A DNA stretch of 64,000 bases from Negaprion brevirostris (Eukaryota), in contig JARDVH010000163.1 of the NCBI GenBank assembly GCA_030324005.1, positions 120,584,812-120,648,811 on the forward strand, in the 5' to 3' direction. Made by a program: the position numbers and the translations under genes. The notes beneath the pieces are model-generated. The model was not told the DNA's origin. It made no database searches and saw only the letters and a list, made by a program, of their open reading frames with translations. Shown here piece after piece: positions 1 through 14,000 of this stretch. The stretch's first letter is position 1. Every line of letters starts with the position of its first letter.

Positions 1-395
1 TCAAAGAGAAGGAAACGAGAGAGTGCAGAATGCAGTGTTACAGTCGTAGCTAGGGTGTAGAGAAAGATCAACTTAATATAAGGTAGGTTCATTCAGAAGT
101 CTGATGGCAGCAGGGAAGAAGCTCTTCTTGAGTCGCCTGGTATGTGATCTCAGACTTTTCCCGATGGAAGAAGGTGGAAGAAAGGATGACAGGGGTGCGC
201 AGAGTCCTTAATTATGGTGTCTGTTTTTCCAAGACAATGGGCAGTATTGACAGAATCAGTGATTGGGAGGCTGGTTTCTGTGATGGACCGGGCTACATTC
301 ACAGTCTTTTGTAGTTTCTTGTGGTCTTGGTTAGAGCAGGAGCTGTGCTACATCCAGAAAGGATGCTTTCTACGGTGCATCTGTAAAAATTGCTG
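1..395 (-). mobile_element. Rex1/Babar-like LINE 3' fragment
   Basis: Near-collinear with the copies at 15190-16400 and 37915-38555. Confidence 0.7.
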
Positions 396-2014
396 AGTCA
401 AACTTTATGAAAATTGATCAAATTTGCAGCAGGTACCAAACAAGAACATGTTGTGGTTTTAGAGAAGACAGCTCATAAAATGAAGTATCAGTTGAACAAA
501 ATATATAAATCAACAACAATGGCAGAGAAGCATCATATGCACAGTTACTTCATTGCAGTGTTAATGCAAGCCGACTTGTGACACAAATAAAGTTAACTTA
601 AACTAGAAAGCAAAAATGGGAGAAACACATAATCAGTGATTGATGTTGAGCTAACTATGGAACAGAGATACCTAGAAGACCAAGATATAGGCAAAACTAT
701 ACTTTGAGTATAGTGGTGAGGGACTGCATTCAAAAAAGTACTTCACTGGCTGTAAAGTGCTTCGAGAAGTCCTGTGGTTGTGAAAGGTTCAAAACAAATG
801 AAGTTCCCTTATAAAAGGGTGACGTTTCAGCTCCAAGGTTGTGCATTGAAAAGCCATGAAGTTGAGCCCTATTGTCAGTAATTGACTTAACCAATACATC
901 TAACGCAGATTATTTGGTCACAATTCGGTTACGTTCACCTTAGTGATGGAAAGGGATAGGCATGAACCTCGGGTCAGTAGTTTTAGCTGGGGGAANNNNN
1001 NNNNNNNNNNNNNNNNNNNNNNNNNNNNNNNNNNNNNNNNNNNNNNNNNNNNNNNNNNNNNNNNNNNNNNNNNNNNNNNNNNNNNNNNNNNNNNNAAAAA
1101 CTGGTCGGCGCAACATCGTGGGCCGAAGGGCCTGTTCTGCGCTGTAATGTTCTATGTTCTATGTTCTATTAAGACATTATTGCTTTTGGGAGCTTGCTGT
1201 GCACAAATTGGTTGTCGCATTTCTGACATTACAACAATGAATACACTTCAAAAGTACTTCATTGGCTGTTAGTTGTTTTAGAATATCCTGAGGTCGTGAA
1301 AGCTGTAAATGCAAAGTCTTTTTTCACTTGTGACCATGAATGGTACTATTTAAATACAAATCTGTTCTATTTTTATCTTACTTTGTAGTGCAATAACTAT
1401 TGTTGAATAGATGGCACACCAACATTGTGCACAGTGATTCCAGAAAGAGCAATGAGATTAGTTCAGTTCACCTGTTTTTGGTGGTGGTGGTTGAGCGAAG
1501 AATATTGACAATGCTTGGGAGACCACCTCATCTTTGAATAGTACTGTGGAATCATTAGCATTCCTAGAACTGACACATGGGCCCTACATATTGTGCCTCA
1601 TACAGAGGATAATGCCCTTGGGTACAGTGCTCAGTTTAAATTGCATGAAGTGTCAACCCAGTTATGAGCTTTGCCCCTTCCGAGGTAAACAGTATATAGA
1701 TTCAACCAATAACCTGGAGAAGGTTCATTTAGACTTGAAACATTAACTCTATTTCTCTCTCAACAAATGCTGCCAGACCGGCTGAGTCTATCTAGTTTCT
1801 CTGCTCTTACAACCTATAACCTCTCTTGATGGGAGTCTGGTGCTGCTCGCTGTCTGTACCAGCAGATTCCTGGGGAAGTCCCTGTTGATTTTAATAATTG
1901 TTTAAATATTATTGTTAGGTACTGATGAAAACTGTCAGGGCGGTGAATTATTAATGATAATCAGGGATGATTCAGCACCAACCATGCATCTCATTCAACA
2001 TCCTTTAAATAGGA

Positions 2015-2340
2015 TCACATAGAATCCCTGGTGCAGAAGCAGCGATTGGGCCCATCCAGCTTGCACCGACAACAAGCCCACCAGGCCCTATCCCCGCAAC
2101 CCCACGTGTTTACCCTGCTTAGCTCCCTGACTCTAAGGGGCAATTTAGCATGGCCAATCTGCCTAACCCACACATCTTTGGAGTGTGGGAGGAAACTGAA
2201 GCATCCAAAGGAAATCCATGCAGACACAGGGAGAATATGCAAACTCAGAACAGGCAGTGACCCAAGTCTGGAATCAAACTCGGGTCCCTGGCGCTGTGAG
2301 GCAGCACTGCTAACCACTGCGCCACCGTGCCACCCCTGTT
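2015..2340 (-). mobile_element. tRNA-derived V-SINE (HE1-like), near full length
   Basis: tRNA-like head ggcacggtggcgcagtggttagcagtgctgcctcacagcgccagggacc, V-core, and a tail ending gattctatg. Confidence 0.85.
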
Positions 2341-2714
2341 AGGTAAAGAATTTTTCTCAGAGAGGGTGTTTTCTGATGCTAAAGCCTTCAGAGGTCGAGC
2401 AATATGCACGATTTAACCCAAAGCACCCAGCAAACATTCCACTTTCGAAATGAAAAATGACTTACATGTATCTGAGCCTTTCAGAACCTCGACATCCTAA
2501 TCTGTTTTCCATCCAATCAGCTTCTTTTTGGCACGAATCACCAATAAGAAATCTGACAGCCAATTTGTATACGCCAGATTGTCACCAACAGCATTGTGAT
2601 AATGTGATTGAAGCATCTCTGAAGAGGTCAAACATTCAATTCATAGTCCCTGTCCTGTGATGACCAAAATGGAGAAGATTCATTTGGAAGGCGCCAAACA
2701 TATTGAGAGACTTA

Positions 2715-2832
2715 GGGCGGGATTTTATGGCTGCGTTTGCCCTGAAAATCCTGCCTGAGGTCAGTGGACCTTTCCATGCTCCGCTTCACCTGTTCTGATT
2801 CCCATAGCGGACAGAATGGGGAAATTCACCCC
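2715..2832. mobile_element. Harbinger-type MITE
   Basis: Imperfect TIRs gggcgggatttt / gaaattcacccc; 3-bp TSD TTA. Confidence 0.7.
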
Positions 2833-3029
2833 TTAGTCAGAAATAAGCAGTATTGAAGTTGAGTCTTTGGAAACAACACACTAACCTCTAAACAACTCAA
2901 CTGTCATACCCTTCAAGTACCTCCTTCCCTACATAGGGCAGAGTCTGCAGATCGTGCAGTGGTTTATCAACCATTTCAGAAGCCATTGAATAGTAATGAA
3001 AACTGTTTATTCATGATCCTGAGAGACTG

Positions 3030-3330
3030 CCTAAGAATGACCAGATAATTTGTTCTTCAATGGTGTTGATTGAGAAATAAATATTGGCTAGTATAGTGGA
3101 GGGAATTTGCCTGCTTTCCTTCAGAATAGCACCAGTGGATTTTTAATGCCCACCTTGGAAAGCAGGTGCTTTAATATGGTGGTTAATATGGTGGCGTTTG
3201 AAAAACAGCACCTCTCTTGGCACTATCTGGAGTTTCAGCCTCGACCTTGTGATCCAATCTGTGGGGGACTTGAACCCACAGCCTTGCGATTCAGGAGCAA
3301 GAGTATGACTGACTGAACTATGGTTGACAC
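3030..3330 (-). mobile_element. DeuSINE-like (SacSINE1/AmnSINE-type) SINE, decayed
   Basis: tRNA-like head (rc of ggacttgaacccacagcc) and Deu-like core; related copies at about 5140-5410, 40130-40450 and 46400-46710. Confidence 0.55.
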
Positions 3331-4054
3331 CTAAAAATAGGTATTCCTTTTCACAGAGTTGCTACAGACATTGTTTATCTATTATTACCAAATTAGACTA
3401 TCCAAATAGCTGATACATTTCTGCAATAGGGCAAACTACATTTGAAATTTAATTTTCGTAAGTAGTTATCCATAAGTGAGTACATTATATTACTGATATC
3501 GTGAAATAAGATTTTTGCAGGTAAAGGTGAGACTTCTTGTGGCCAAAGTGGCACCAATACGTTTTCAGAGTTTGTGTTCCAATGGCAAATGGTTCTTTAT
3601 ATTGCTCAATTCTGTAGTTAAATTTATTAATTCCAAATTATTCCCTGAATTAATGTGAAAAAACCCCATAAACCAGTTTAATTTGGAATATAGTGACTTA
3701 AATGTTTTATTTGGTTATCCTTGGAGAAATTTACTGTATGTGGGTGATTGGGATCATAGCATGATAGTCAGTTAAATGGGCATGACTATGGTCCAGTCAC
3801 AGGTAACTGCATTTAGAGTGATCAGTGATAGACAGGTTTGGCTTCAATAGTTGTACTGCAACAAAATGTACAAAAAAAAAGTCTTAATATCTGTACTGGG
3901 TTGTACAGATATAAAATAGTTATTTGTTTATGAGGAGAGTAACACTGAAGTGACGCAGACGTCACTGGTGGAGGAGAGAATAATAGTCGTTGTTAATGGT
4001 GGTTCAGTTTTGGACCTCGTGTTGTGGAAAATTCTGAGTGCTGAAGTTTCTTTT

Positions 4055-4360
4055 GGGTGGCATGGTGGCACAGTGGTTAGTACTGTTGCCTCACAGCGCT
4101 AAGGATCCGGGTTCGAATCCAGCTTCGTTCACTGTCTGTGCGGAATTGGCACGTTCTCCCTGTGTCTGTGTGGTTTTCCTCTGGATGCTCCGGTTTCCTC
4201 CTACAGTCCAAAAGACTTGTTGGTTAGGTGCATTGGCCGGGCTAAATTCTCCCTCAGTGTACCCGAACAGGCACCAGAGTATGGCAACTAGGGGATTTTC
4301 ACAGTAACTTCATTGCAGCGTTAATGTAAGCTTACTTGTGACACCGATAAATAAACTTCA
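4055..4360 (+). mobile_element. V-SINE with the alternative tail (cagtaacttcattgcag...gtgacac-ataaataaa)
   Basis: A/B-box-like head tggcacagtggt...ggttcgaatcc and V-core; tail differs from the HE1 type. Confidence 0.85.
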
Positions 4361-7300
4361 AATTTGCTTTTCACCTAGCAGCATGCTAATTATGCATTCT
4401 GAGATTTGCTGTGGAACCATGGGAGTAATAAGCAAAGGACCCTAGACAAAAGAAACACTCGGGGCATTTTACAGCTGAGATGAGTGTTTGAAAGCAAAGT
4501 ATTTGTCTTAGAACAGGAATTTGCCATAGCTAACGATTTAAGAAATGTACTGAATGCTATCTGTATTTAATTTTCTACTAAATTATAGAACCTGCACAAT
4601 TTCACCACTTGTCTTAAACTATTGAAAAACTAATCTTTCAATAAGAATATTTCAAATTCATTGATCCAGCAGAAACTTCTAAGTTGCAGTTTCCCAATAG
4701 GCATTACATAAGGAAAATAATTTGGTTCTGGTAAGCTCTTGGGAGCATTCTGAAAATGGATCATTAAACTGTATTTTGCATTAACTCCCAGGCTGCGATG
4801 GCAACTACTTCCCATGAAGCTGATTACACTTGTTCCAATTATAAAATTCTGTCAGAAATCTACTCAGTTTTAGGTTTCTAAATGTGGCCTGATCAACAAT
4901 GCTGTCAGCTTCAAGTTAACTACAGCATTAATGTTTTTGGTCACTGCCATTGACTGAGGGTGAGAGGACACACTTTGCAATATTTTCAGGTAGCGCGAAT
5001 TGTTATTGGCTCTTCTACTGCATGTTCACACCAGAGTCTTCAGCACTAAAATCTAAGCTGGCATTTTGGTGCAGAATTGGCTGGGGCGGGGAGTGGTGGG
5101 GTGGGGGCGGGAGGGTAGTGTTGGTAGTGATGGTGAAAGAGATACACTGTTGGAGGTGCTGACTTGAGATGAGGTGTTAAACTGAGGACCTATCCACTCT
5201 GGTAAATGTTTTGAAGACAAGCAGGGAAGTTATGTCTATTCTTCTGTGCAATATTCGTCCCTTAATCAACATCAGTAAAACAGGTTCTCTTGTCATTATC
5301 TCATTACTGTTTGTGGGAGCTTGCAGCAGGGACTGTACTTCAGGAATCATAAAGCACTCAGGGACATCTTGATGTAATGAAATGTGTTATCTAAATGCAA
5401 GTCTTTTGTTACTTCTAGCAAAGTACTTGTTTTCTTGTACTACGAAAAGAGCCCCACACTGACAACACAGCTTTTTTGAACTATATGGGAGGCATCCAGG
5501 ATGGTAAGTAAAGGGAATTTCCAGTAACTAAGAATATACTGAGAAAGCAATAGTGGATCTATGCAGGATACAACTTTGGATAATATTTGAAAATAGGGGT
5601 CCTGCTGTATTAATAAACACTATGAAACTGATGGGTTCAGATCACTTATAAAATTTGCAGCTTAATAAAGCCTTATTGGATGGAGAAAGCTTGGTTTTGG
5701 GGCCTACATTTCTAAGCATTAGTTGGTTTGTCTGGATTCTTCACAGATGGGGAATCAGATATAATTGTGATTTATGTTTTGATTGTTTGGCTCTTGAAAG
5801 CACAGCTGAACCAAACTTTGCTTTCTTCCTCCAGGGGCAGAAACTCGCTGGCATATGGTAAGGTTTCAACTCTCAGTAGTTAACAATTCAATGTCTTGGT
5901 GTTAGGCCTACAGCTATATCTCTGTTATTGTGTGGAATGTCATCTATTTATTCCTATTTAAATAGTGTCTCCAAATCAACAATGTTAGTTTTTCAGAATT
6001 TGTGTGCCAATTATTTCAACCTTTATTCCTCCTCAAGTGTGGGATTTGGTCTGTACCATATAGTATTTAAGTTGGTAAAAAGCTAAATGGTTATTCTTTA
6101 TCAAATTCCCATCTGCGGTTTGAACCTTGCTGTGAACAAGGTAGTGTGTAAATGGCCTATGTTTACACTCATATCCACACATAAAATTACTGAACTTTAT
6201 GGCTACCTTACCTTGGTTGGCTTGTACTTGGGTAACCTGTTTTATTGGAAATATTATCAGTTTAATTTATCTCAAGGTCACAATAATGAAATTTCGTTGC
6301 TACACATATTTTCTGTTGAGAAGACGCAGGCAGTATCTTCTCCATACATTTTAGCTTTCCTCATAGAACAGTCTTAAGGAATTATATGCTTTTTAGCCTA
6401 ACCCATCAGTAAATAAAGTCTAGTGTATTGGATAATAGGATTCTTGCTAGCAAGGAATCGTAGAAAAGGTGAGGCCATTTTAACAACTTTGGGAGCCTGT
6501 ATTCAGCTGGGGATCTCTAGCATAAAATGACACAAGTATGGCAGCTATCTGGATTACCATAGGGCTTTTACTGTCTTGATTTCACAATTTTGGCTGACAA
6601 GTACTTCAGTGTTACAAAACTGCAAACTGGACACAACCTCCTTCAGTATCCCAATCCATATTCTGCATTACCCTGTTATAGGCTTGTTTCTGGATCAAAT
6701 TAAAATATGTTAGATTACCTTCTGTTGCCTGTGGCCTGGCCTATTTCCACACCTCGAGGGCCCCTCAATTCCTTCTAGATCTTATGCTATACTTAAAACT
6801 TCAGATTGATGGAGAGATTATTGATGAGCAGTCTGAAACTAGGGAGAATAGCTTTAAGAATAAGAGGTCTCCCTTTTGAGATGGAGAAGTGGATTTTTTT
6901 TCTCTCAGTGGCTTGTTAACATGTGGAATTCTCTTCCCCAGAAAGTGGTGGGGGTTGGATTATTGAATTTATTCAAAGCGAGTTAAATTATTTTTTTGAT
7001 AGACAAGGGAGTCAGGAGCAAACAAGGAAATGGAACTGCAACCATAAATAGATCAGCTACGATATTATCGAATGTTAGAGCTGGATTGAAGGGCCAAATG
7101 GCCTATCCTTGCTCTTAGGTTTTGTTGGTTCAAGGTGCCTGTCCTTATTTGATAATTCTACTTTCTCATTTAGAAACTGAAGTTACATAAATAAGAAAAT
7201 TAATTTGATGCATAACCTGGGATCCCAGAACCTTGGGCAGGGTGTGCGATGTTATCAGATTTTTGTCCGGCATCTGCAGCAGGCGACGGTGCAGAGGGAC

Positions 7301-8389
7301 CTCGGGGTCCTTGTGCATGAGTCGCAAAAACCCAGCATGCAGGTGCAGCAGGTGGTCAGGAAGGCTAATGGGATGCTGGCCTTCATAGCGAGGGGNNNNN
7401 NNNNNNNNNNNNNNNNNNNNNNNNNNNNNNNNNNNNNNNNNNNNNNNNNNNNNNNNNNNNNNNNNNNNNNNNNNNNNNNNNNNNNNNNNNNNNNNNNNNN
7501 NNNNNNNNNNNNNNNNNNNNNNNNNNNNNNNNNNNNNNNNNNNNNNNNNNNNNNNNNNNNNNNNNNNNNNNNNNNNNNNNNNNNNNNNNNNNNNNNNNNN
7601 NNNNNNNNNNNNNNNNNNNNNNNNNNNNNNNNNNNNNNNNNNNNNNNNNNNNNNNNNNNNNNNNNNNNNNNNNNNNNNNNNNNNNNNNNNNNNNNNNNNN
7701 NNNNNNNNNNNNNNNNNNNNNNNNNNNNNNNNNNNNNNNNNNNNNNNNNNNNNNNNNNNNNNNNNNNNNNNNNNNNNNNNNNNNNNNNNNNNNNNNNNNN
7801 NNNNNNNNNNNNNNNNNNNNNNNNNNNNNNNNNNNNNNNNNNNNNNNNNNNNNNNNNNNNNNNNNNNNNNNNNNNNNNNNNNNNNNNNNNNNNNNNNNNN
7901 NNNNNNNNNNNNNNNNNNNNNNNNNNNNNNNNNNNNNNNNNNNNNNNNNNNNNNNNNNNNNNNNNNNNNNNNNNNNNNNNNNNNNNNNNNNNNNNNNNNN
8001 NNNNNNNNNNNNNNNNNNNNNNNNNNNNNNNNNNNNNNNNNNNNNNNNNNNNNNNNNNNNNNNNNNNNNNNNNNNNNNNNNNNNNNNNNNNNNNNNNNNN
8101 NNNNNNNNNNNNNNNNNNNNNNNNNNNNNNNNNNNNNNNNNNNNNNNNNNNNNNNNNNNNNNNNNNNNNNNNNNNNNNNNNNNNNNNNNNNNNNNNNNNN
8201 NNNNNNNNNNNNNNNNNNNNNNNNNNNNNNNNNNNNNNNNNNNNNNNNNNNNNNNNNNNNNNNNNNNNNNNNNNNNNNNNNNNNNNNNNNNNNNNNNNNN
8301 NNNNNNNNNNNNNNNNNNNNNNNNNNNNNNNNNNNNNNNNNNNNNNNNNNNNNNNNNNNNNNNNNNNNNNNNNNNNNNNNNNNNNNNNT

Positions 8390-8490
8390 CCACTCACCTG
8401 ACGAAGGAACAGCGTTCCGAAAGCTAGTGATGTTTACTATCAAATAAACCTGTTGGACTTTAACCTGGTGTTGTGAGATTTCTTACTCAG
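8390..8490 (+). mobile_element. Penelope-like element terminal fragment
   Basis: ctgacgaaggaacagcgttccgaaagctag...aataaacctgttggac resembles PLE pseudo-LTR termini and contains a CTGAnGA...GAAA hammerhead-like core. Confidence 0.5.
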
Positions 8491-10289
8491 ATCGAAACAT
8501 ACCAGGAGGGGTCTTTCTCTACCATTGTGTTGTGACTTGAACTCCCTGACTTGAACTTTTTGTTAAAATGGACTAGCTTACAGACACATTTTTGTAAAAT
8601 CAAAACATTGGGTCTATTCTCTCTCCACACATGCTGTTAAACCTGTTGAGATTTTCCAGCATTTTCTGTTTTTGTTTTACATAATTTTGTGTATGTTCAG
8701 CAGATGCACTGATTAGGTTACTGAACTGAAACTATAATGTTATGGCGGCTGATATTCACGCTTCAAACTTGTAGAAAAGTTGTAGAGTTGGAATGTGGTT
8801 AAGAGTAATTTTATTTATGGAATGCATTATAATTGACCAAGGAACAGAATAAAATATTTAAAATTTGTGATAATTTGCACTGTTTTAGCTTTAAATTGGA
8901 ACTCGGGTAAAAATAGGATTTGTGTCTAAGCTATCCAATTTAATGTAGACTTTAAGGCATGCATCTAAAAATGGTTTAGAATTCCTGGGCGCTTATGTTT
9001 GTAGGAAATTGTTATCTGATACCTAATTCAGGCAAGCTATGTAGTGCTCAAGTAAATTGTTGTTGGAAGGCTGACCAGCCTGTTCGGCTTATTAAACTTC
9101 GTCAGCATGCCACGAGAATTGTAATTGTTCCCATTTGCTAAACCACTAGCTTGATGGGTACAGTGATCTTGTGTAGACAAGCAAGTGAAGCTTGCAATGC
9201 TGTGTGCCATCACCTCAACTGATTTAAAGGCTCACCTGTTGCTTTCCATGTGTTTAGACACTTAGGTGATCTGAAGAAAAGTGTCTAAGTCATATTATGG
9301 TGTATACTCGTCAGGAATAAGCAAATTTCTTGAGTAGCTTTTAATACAACTTACTTAACTGGAAACATTTATGTGCTATTTGCATTGCGCACATATTGCT
9401 ATTTCTAGAAGTTTAATCAGATTTTTTTTTACTTGCGGGACTAAAAATATTTATGAATGGGGATCTGATTTACTGCTTTTTTTAAAACTGCGTTAATGTA
9501 GTGCATTGTTCATACTCAGGACAACTCGAAGCACTTTATAGCCAGTGAATACCTAGTCAGTCTTTATCCTTTGCGCTATCCATGTCCATTTCTCTCAAAT
9601 GCCCATCCAACTTTCTTTTGAAATTATTAATAGTCTCCATTTCTGCCACCCTGCTAGGTCATGACTACCTGCTGTGTTCAAAAAAAAATTCTTCGTGACA
9701 TAGTCCCTGCGTCTCTTGCACAAAACGTTAAAACTGTGTCCCCAATCCAGATTTGTAGTGCAAAATAATTATGATCAAAATTAAAATTCTCTGTCTGAAG
9801 CCATTATGTTGATTAGAGGATGAAAAAGTGCGCTTATATAATGGGTATCAAGGATCAAGTCTCTGAACTATACCGCTACATTTGCCGTACCATAAATCAC
9901 TGCAGTTATGCCTGTGAATGTGAAAGCCATTTTGCAAAGAAGAAGGAGGTGAAGGAATTTGAACTACATTTTACAATTTTAAAGGGGATACAGGAACAGA
10001 GAGTGGGGGCTCACAAACACAAACTGTTGGAAATGCTGAACAAGTTGCTAAAAACTCCTCTGCACAGACTATAAAAACAAGGAAGTTGTGCTAAACCTGT
10101 ATAAATCACTGGTTAGACCTTAGCTGGAGTATTATGTTCAGTTTTGGGCATTATGCTTTGGGAAGGCTTTGGAGAAGATGTAGAGAAGATTGAATTGAAT
10201 AGGTTCCAGGAATGAAGGACTTGAGTTTTAATGAAATACTGATGAAGGCGGGGTTGTTCTGCTTAGAGCTGAGAGATTAAAGTACAAGT

Positions 10290-11020
10290 ACCAGACAATG
10301 ACCATTTTCAACAAGACGGGATCAAATATTATCCCTTGACATTCAATGACATCACCATCACTGAATCCTCTATTATCGACATCCTGAGAGCTTCTGTTGA
10401 TCAAAAACAGAACTGGACTAGACATATGAATACTGTGGCTAAAAGCAGGTCCTGCAGTAAGTGACTCACCTGCTGACTCCCCAAAGCTTGTCCTTCATTT
10501 TACCTGGCACAAGTCCGGAGTGTAATGGAATACTCGCCAGTTGCTTGGATGAATGCAGCTCCAAGATCATTGCAGAAGCTGGACACCATTTAGGACAAAG
10601 CAGCCCACTTGATTGCTACCCTTGCACAAACATTCAACCCCCCCCCACCACTGACGAATGGTGGCAGCTACATGTACCATCTACAAGATGCACTGCAGGA
10701 ACTCAACAATTCTCCTGAGACAGCTCCTCCCAAGCCCAAGACCACTACCATCTAGAAGGACAAAGACAGCAGACATGTGGGAACACCACCATCTGAAAGA
10801 TTCCCTCCCAGCCAATCACCATCGTGATTTGGAAATACATTACTGTTCCTTCACTGTTGCTGGGTTGGAACTCCTTCCCTAACAGCCTTGTATGTACCTA
10901 CACCCCAGGGACTGCAGTGATTTAAGAAGGCAGCTCATCACCTCCTTCTCAAGGGCAACTGGGTGTGGGCAATAAATGCTGGGCTGACCAGTAATGCCCA
11001 CAGGCTGGAATGCATTCTTA
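10290..11020 (+). mobile_element. Same LINE family, 3' fragment
   Basis: Collinear with 30830-31860, including the tail gggcaataaatgctgg. Confidence 0.75.
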
Positions 11021-14000
11021 AAAAGGGGGCTTGAGACTATAATCTTCCAACTCAGTTGCAAGTGTTCCCATTGTAGTCAGGCTGACAGGCATTTGTAGTT
11101 CAGGTAAAGTGTTAAATCGAATGCCACAGGATAAAGTCGGAGGTGTGGTAGATAGTGAAGAGGGGTGTCATAGTTTACNNNNNNNNNNNNNNNNNNNNNN
11201 NNNNNNNNNNNNNNNNNNNNNNNNNNNNNNNNNNNNNNNNNNNNNNNNNNNNNNNNNNNNNNNNNNNNNNNNNNNNNNNNNNNNNNNNNNNNNNNNNNNN
11301 NNNNNNNNNNNNNNNNNNNNNNNNNNNNNNNNNNNNNNNNNNNNNNNNNNNNNNNNNNNNNNNNNNNNNNNNNNNNNNNNNNNNNNNNNNNNNNNNNNNN
11401 NNNNNNNNNNNNNNNNNNNNNNNNNNNNNNNNNNNNNNNNNNNNNNNNNNNNNNNNNNNNNNNNNNNNNNNNNNNNNNNNNNNNNNNNNNNNNNNNNNNN
11501 NNNNNNNNNNNNNNNNNNNNNNNNNNNNNNNNNNNNNNNNNNNNNNNNNNNNNNNNNNNNNNNNNNNNNNNNNNNNNNNNNNNNNNNNNNNNNNNNNNNN
11601 NNNNNNNNNNNNNNNNNNNNNNNNNNNNNNNNNNNNNNNNNNNNNNNNNNNNNNNNNNNNNNNNNNNNNNNNNNNNNNNNNNNNNNNNNNNNNNNNNNNN
11701 NNNNNNNNNNNNNNNNNNNNNNNNNNNNNNNNNNNNNNNNNNNNNNNNNNNNNNNNNNNNNNNNNNNNNNNNNNNNNNNNNNNNNNNNNNNNNNNNNNNN
11801 NNNNNNNNNNNNNNNNNNNNNNNNNNNNNNNNNNNNNNNNNNNNNNNNNNNNNNNNNNNNNNNNNNNNNNNNNNNNNNNNNNNNNNNNNNNNNNNNNNNN
11901 NNNNNNNNNNNNNNNNNNNNNNNNNNNNNNNNNNNNNNNNNNNNNNNNNNNNNNNNNNNNNNNNNNNNNNNNNNNNNNNNNNNNNNNNNNNNNNNNNNNN
12001 NNNNNNAGGGATTGGTTTAGGTTAGAGGGTCATTGCTTTTTTAATTGGTCGGCGCAACATCGTGGGCCGAAGGGCCTGTTCTGTGCTGTAATGTTCTATG
12101 TTCTATATATCAATAGTGTGCTACAATCTGAAGAAAAGCAAGGAGTATTCTGTTCTGGGCAACCCAACATCATTAACAGATTATCTGACCGTTATGACAT
12201 TGTTGTTTGTGGATTATATTAGGTGCAATTTGATTATTGTGTTTCCCTCTTTTATAACAGTGAGCAAATTTTAAGAGTATCAAACCTTTTGGATACATTA
12301 ATTTCATGGAGGTTTTGTAAAGTCCAGAAATCACTTGGTGAAGGATAATACGGGAGTCTGTCTACTTCATATGTAGAGTGAAATATTACAAGCTTATCTC
12401 TCCCAATTCAATCACACATTTTCACTAAGCGCCTCCTTACTGTATATGAAGTCAAGTGAAACCCCTATTTATTCTTCCATGGGATGTGGGTGTCATTGAC
12501 AAAGCCAGCATTTGGTGCCCATTCCTAATTGCCCTTGAACTGAGTTGCTTGCTAGACCATTTTAGAGGGTAGTTGAGAGTCAATCATATTGCTGGAGTCA
12601 CATGAAGATCAGATCAGGTATGGACCACAGATTTATTTACCTAAAAGGCATTAGTGAGCATGGTGGGTTTTTAATAACAGTCAGTGATAGCTGTCATGGT
12701 TACCATTATTGACACTTCTTTAATATTCCAGATTTTTAAAAAAATTATTTAAATTCCACCAGCTACCAGAGTGAGATTTGAACCCATGTTCCTAAACTTG
12801 GGCCTTTCCATTCCAAAACCAATTACAATAAATCTAAAAAACTGATGGAAAAATTAAAGCGGCAGCTCCTTAGAGGGACGTGACTTAAATAAAAATACTC
12901 CAGTGATATTATCACTATGCCACCATCTGCCCCCTAATTAATGCCTTCTGCCTCCATATCATGAAATCTCTACAGTGCAGAAGAGGCCATTCAGACAGAG
13001 TATCTTTATCTTGGATAATCCATCCTGTATATACATCTCTCCTCCCACACTCCAAAGATGTGTGGGTTAGGTGGACTGGCCATGCTAAATTGCCCCTTTG
13101 TGTCAGGGAGACTGGCTAGGGTAAATTTGTGGGGCTACGGGGATAGGGGCTGGGTGAGATTGTGGTCGGTGCAGACTCAGTGGGCTGAAAGGCCTCCTGT
13201 ACTGGAAGATTCTATGAGCTTAGGACACTAAAGGGCAACTTAACATGGTCAATCCATGTACTTTGCACATCTTTGGATATAATTAGGCACAACTGATGGA
13301 TAACTATTAGAAGGTGCTGAAACATAGAAGCCCTTATCCTTTTCCTATCCATCTTTTTCCTCTCTCTCCAACCCTACACCAGGGAATTGCAGAAACATGG
13401 GGTTTTGCTCGAGGTTCAATGGTTTCTTAAGGTTAATCATCAAATTTTTTATAAATGTCTCAATTAAATCATTTGTTAGCTACGTTAACAGGAAGCAAAA
13501 CACATGCTCCATTTTTGCACTTTCAAAGTATATTTAGGCTATATGGCCACTGATTGTTTTAAAAATTATTAAGTCTCATTGATTTGACAAGACCTGAGCT
13601 TGATCGCCAGGATACCCTGAATTTTTACCTGTTAGAACTGACAGGAGCTGAGTCAATTTTTCAAAAAGAAAATTTACCCGTCGGCAAGTTGACATTGCCA
13701 TGATTAAGCATGCTGATTCTTAATATATAGGAGTATTAATGGCACTGTTGGCGTACCAATACATCACATGGACTGTAGCAGTTCAAGGTGGCAGCTTCTC
13801 AAGGACCATTAGGGTTAGACAATAAATGCTGGCCTAGCCTATGATGTCCATATTCCATGAATGAATAAATAAAAAGGGTTGAAATAGCAGTGAATCATTA
13901 ATAGCATCCCTGCAGTTTGGACATAGAGTATTCAATATTCATTACTTTAAGGAAAACAACAACACAAAATCATATGTTGTACACAATAATCTAAAACTAT

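Noticed and set aside
4055-4130. tRNA-like sequences with A and B boxes
   Set aside because: They are SINE heads continuing into V-core and tail sequence, not tRNA genes.
7166-8443. Long ORFs of 260-425 aa here and at 11109-12222 and 33219-34173
   Set aside because: They consist almost entirely of N-gap codons with LINE sequence at the edges.
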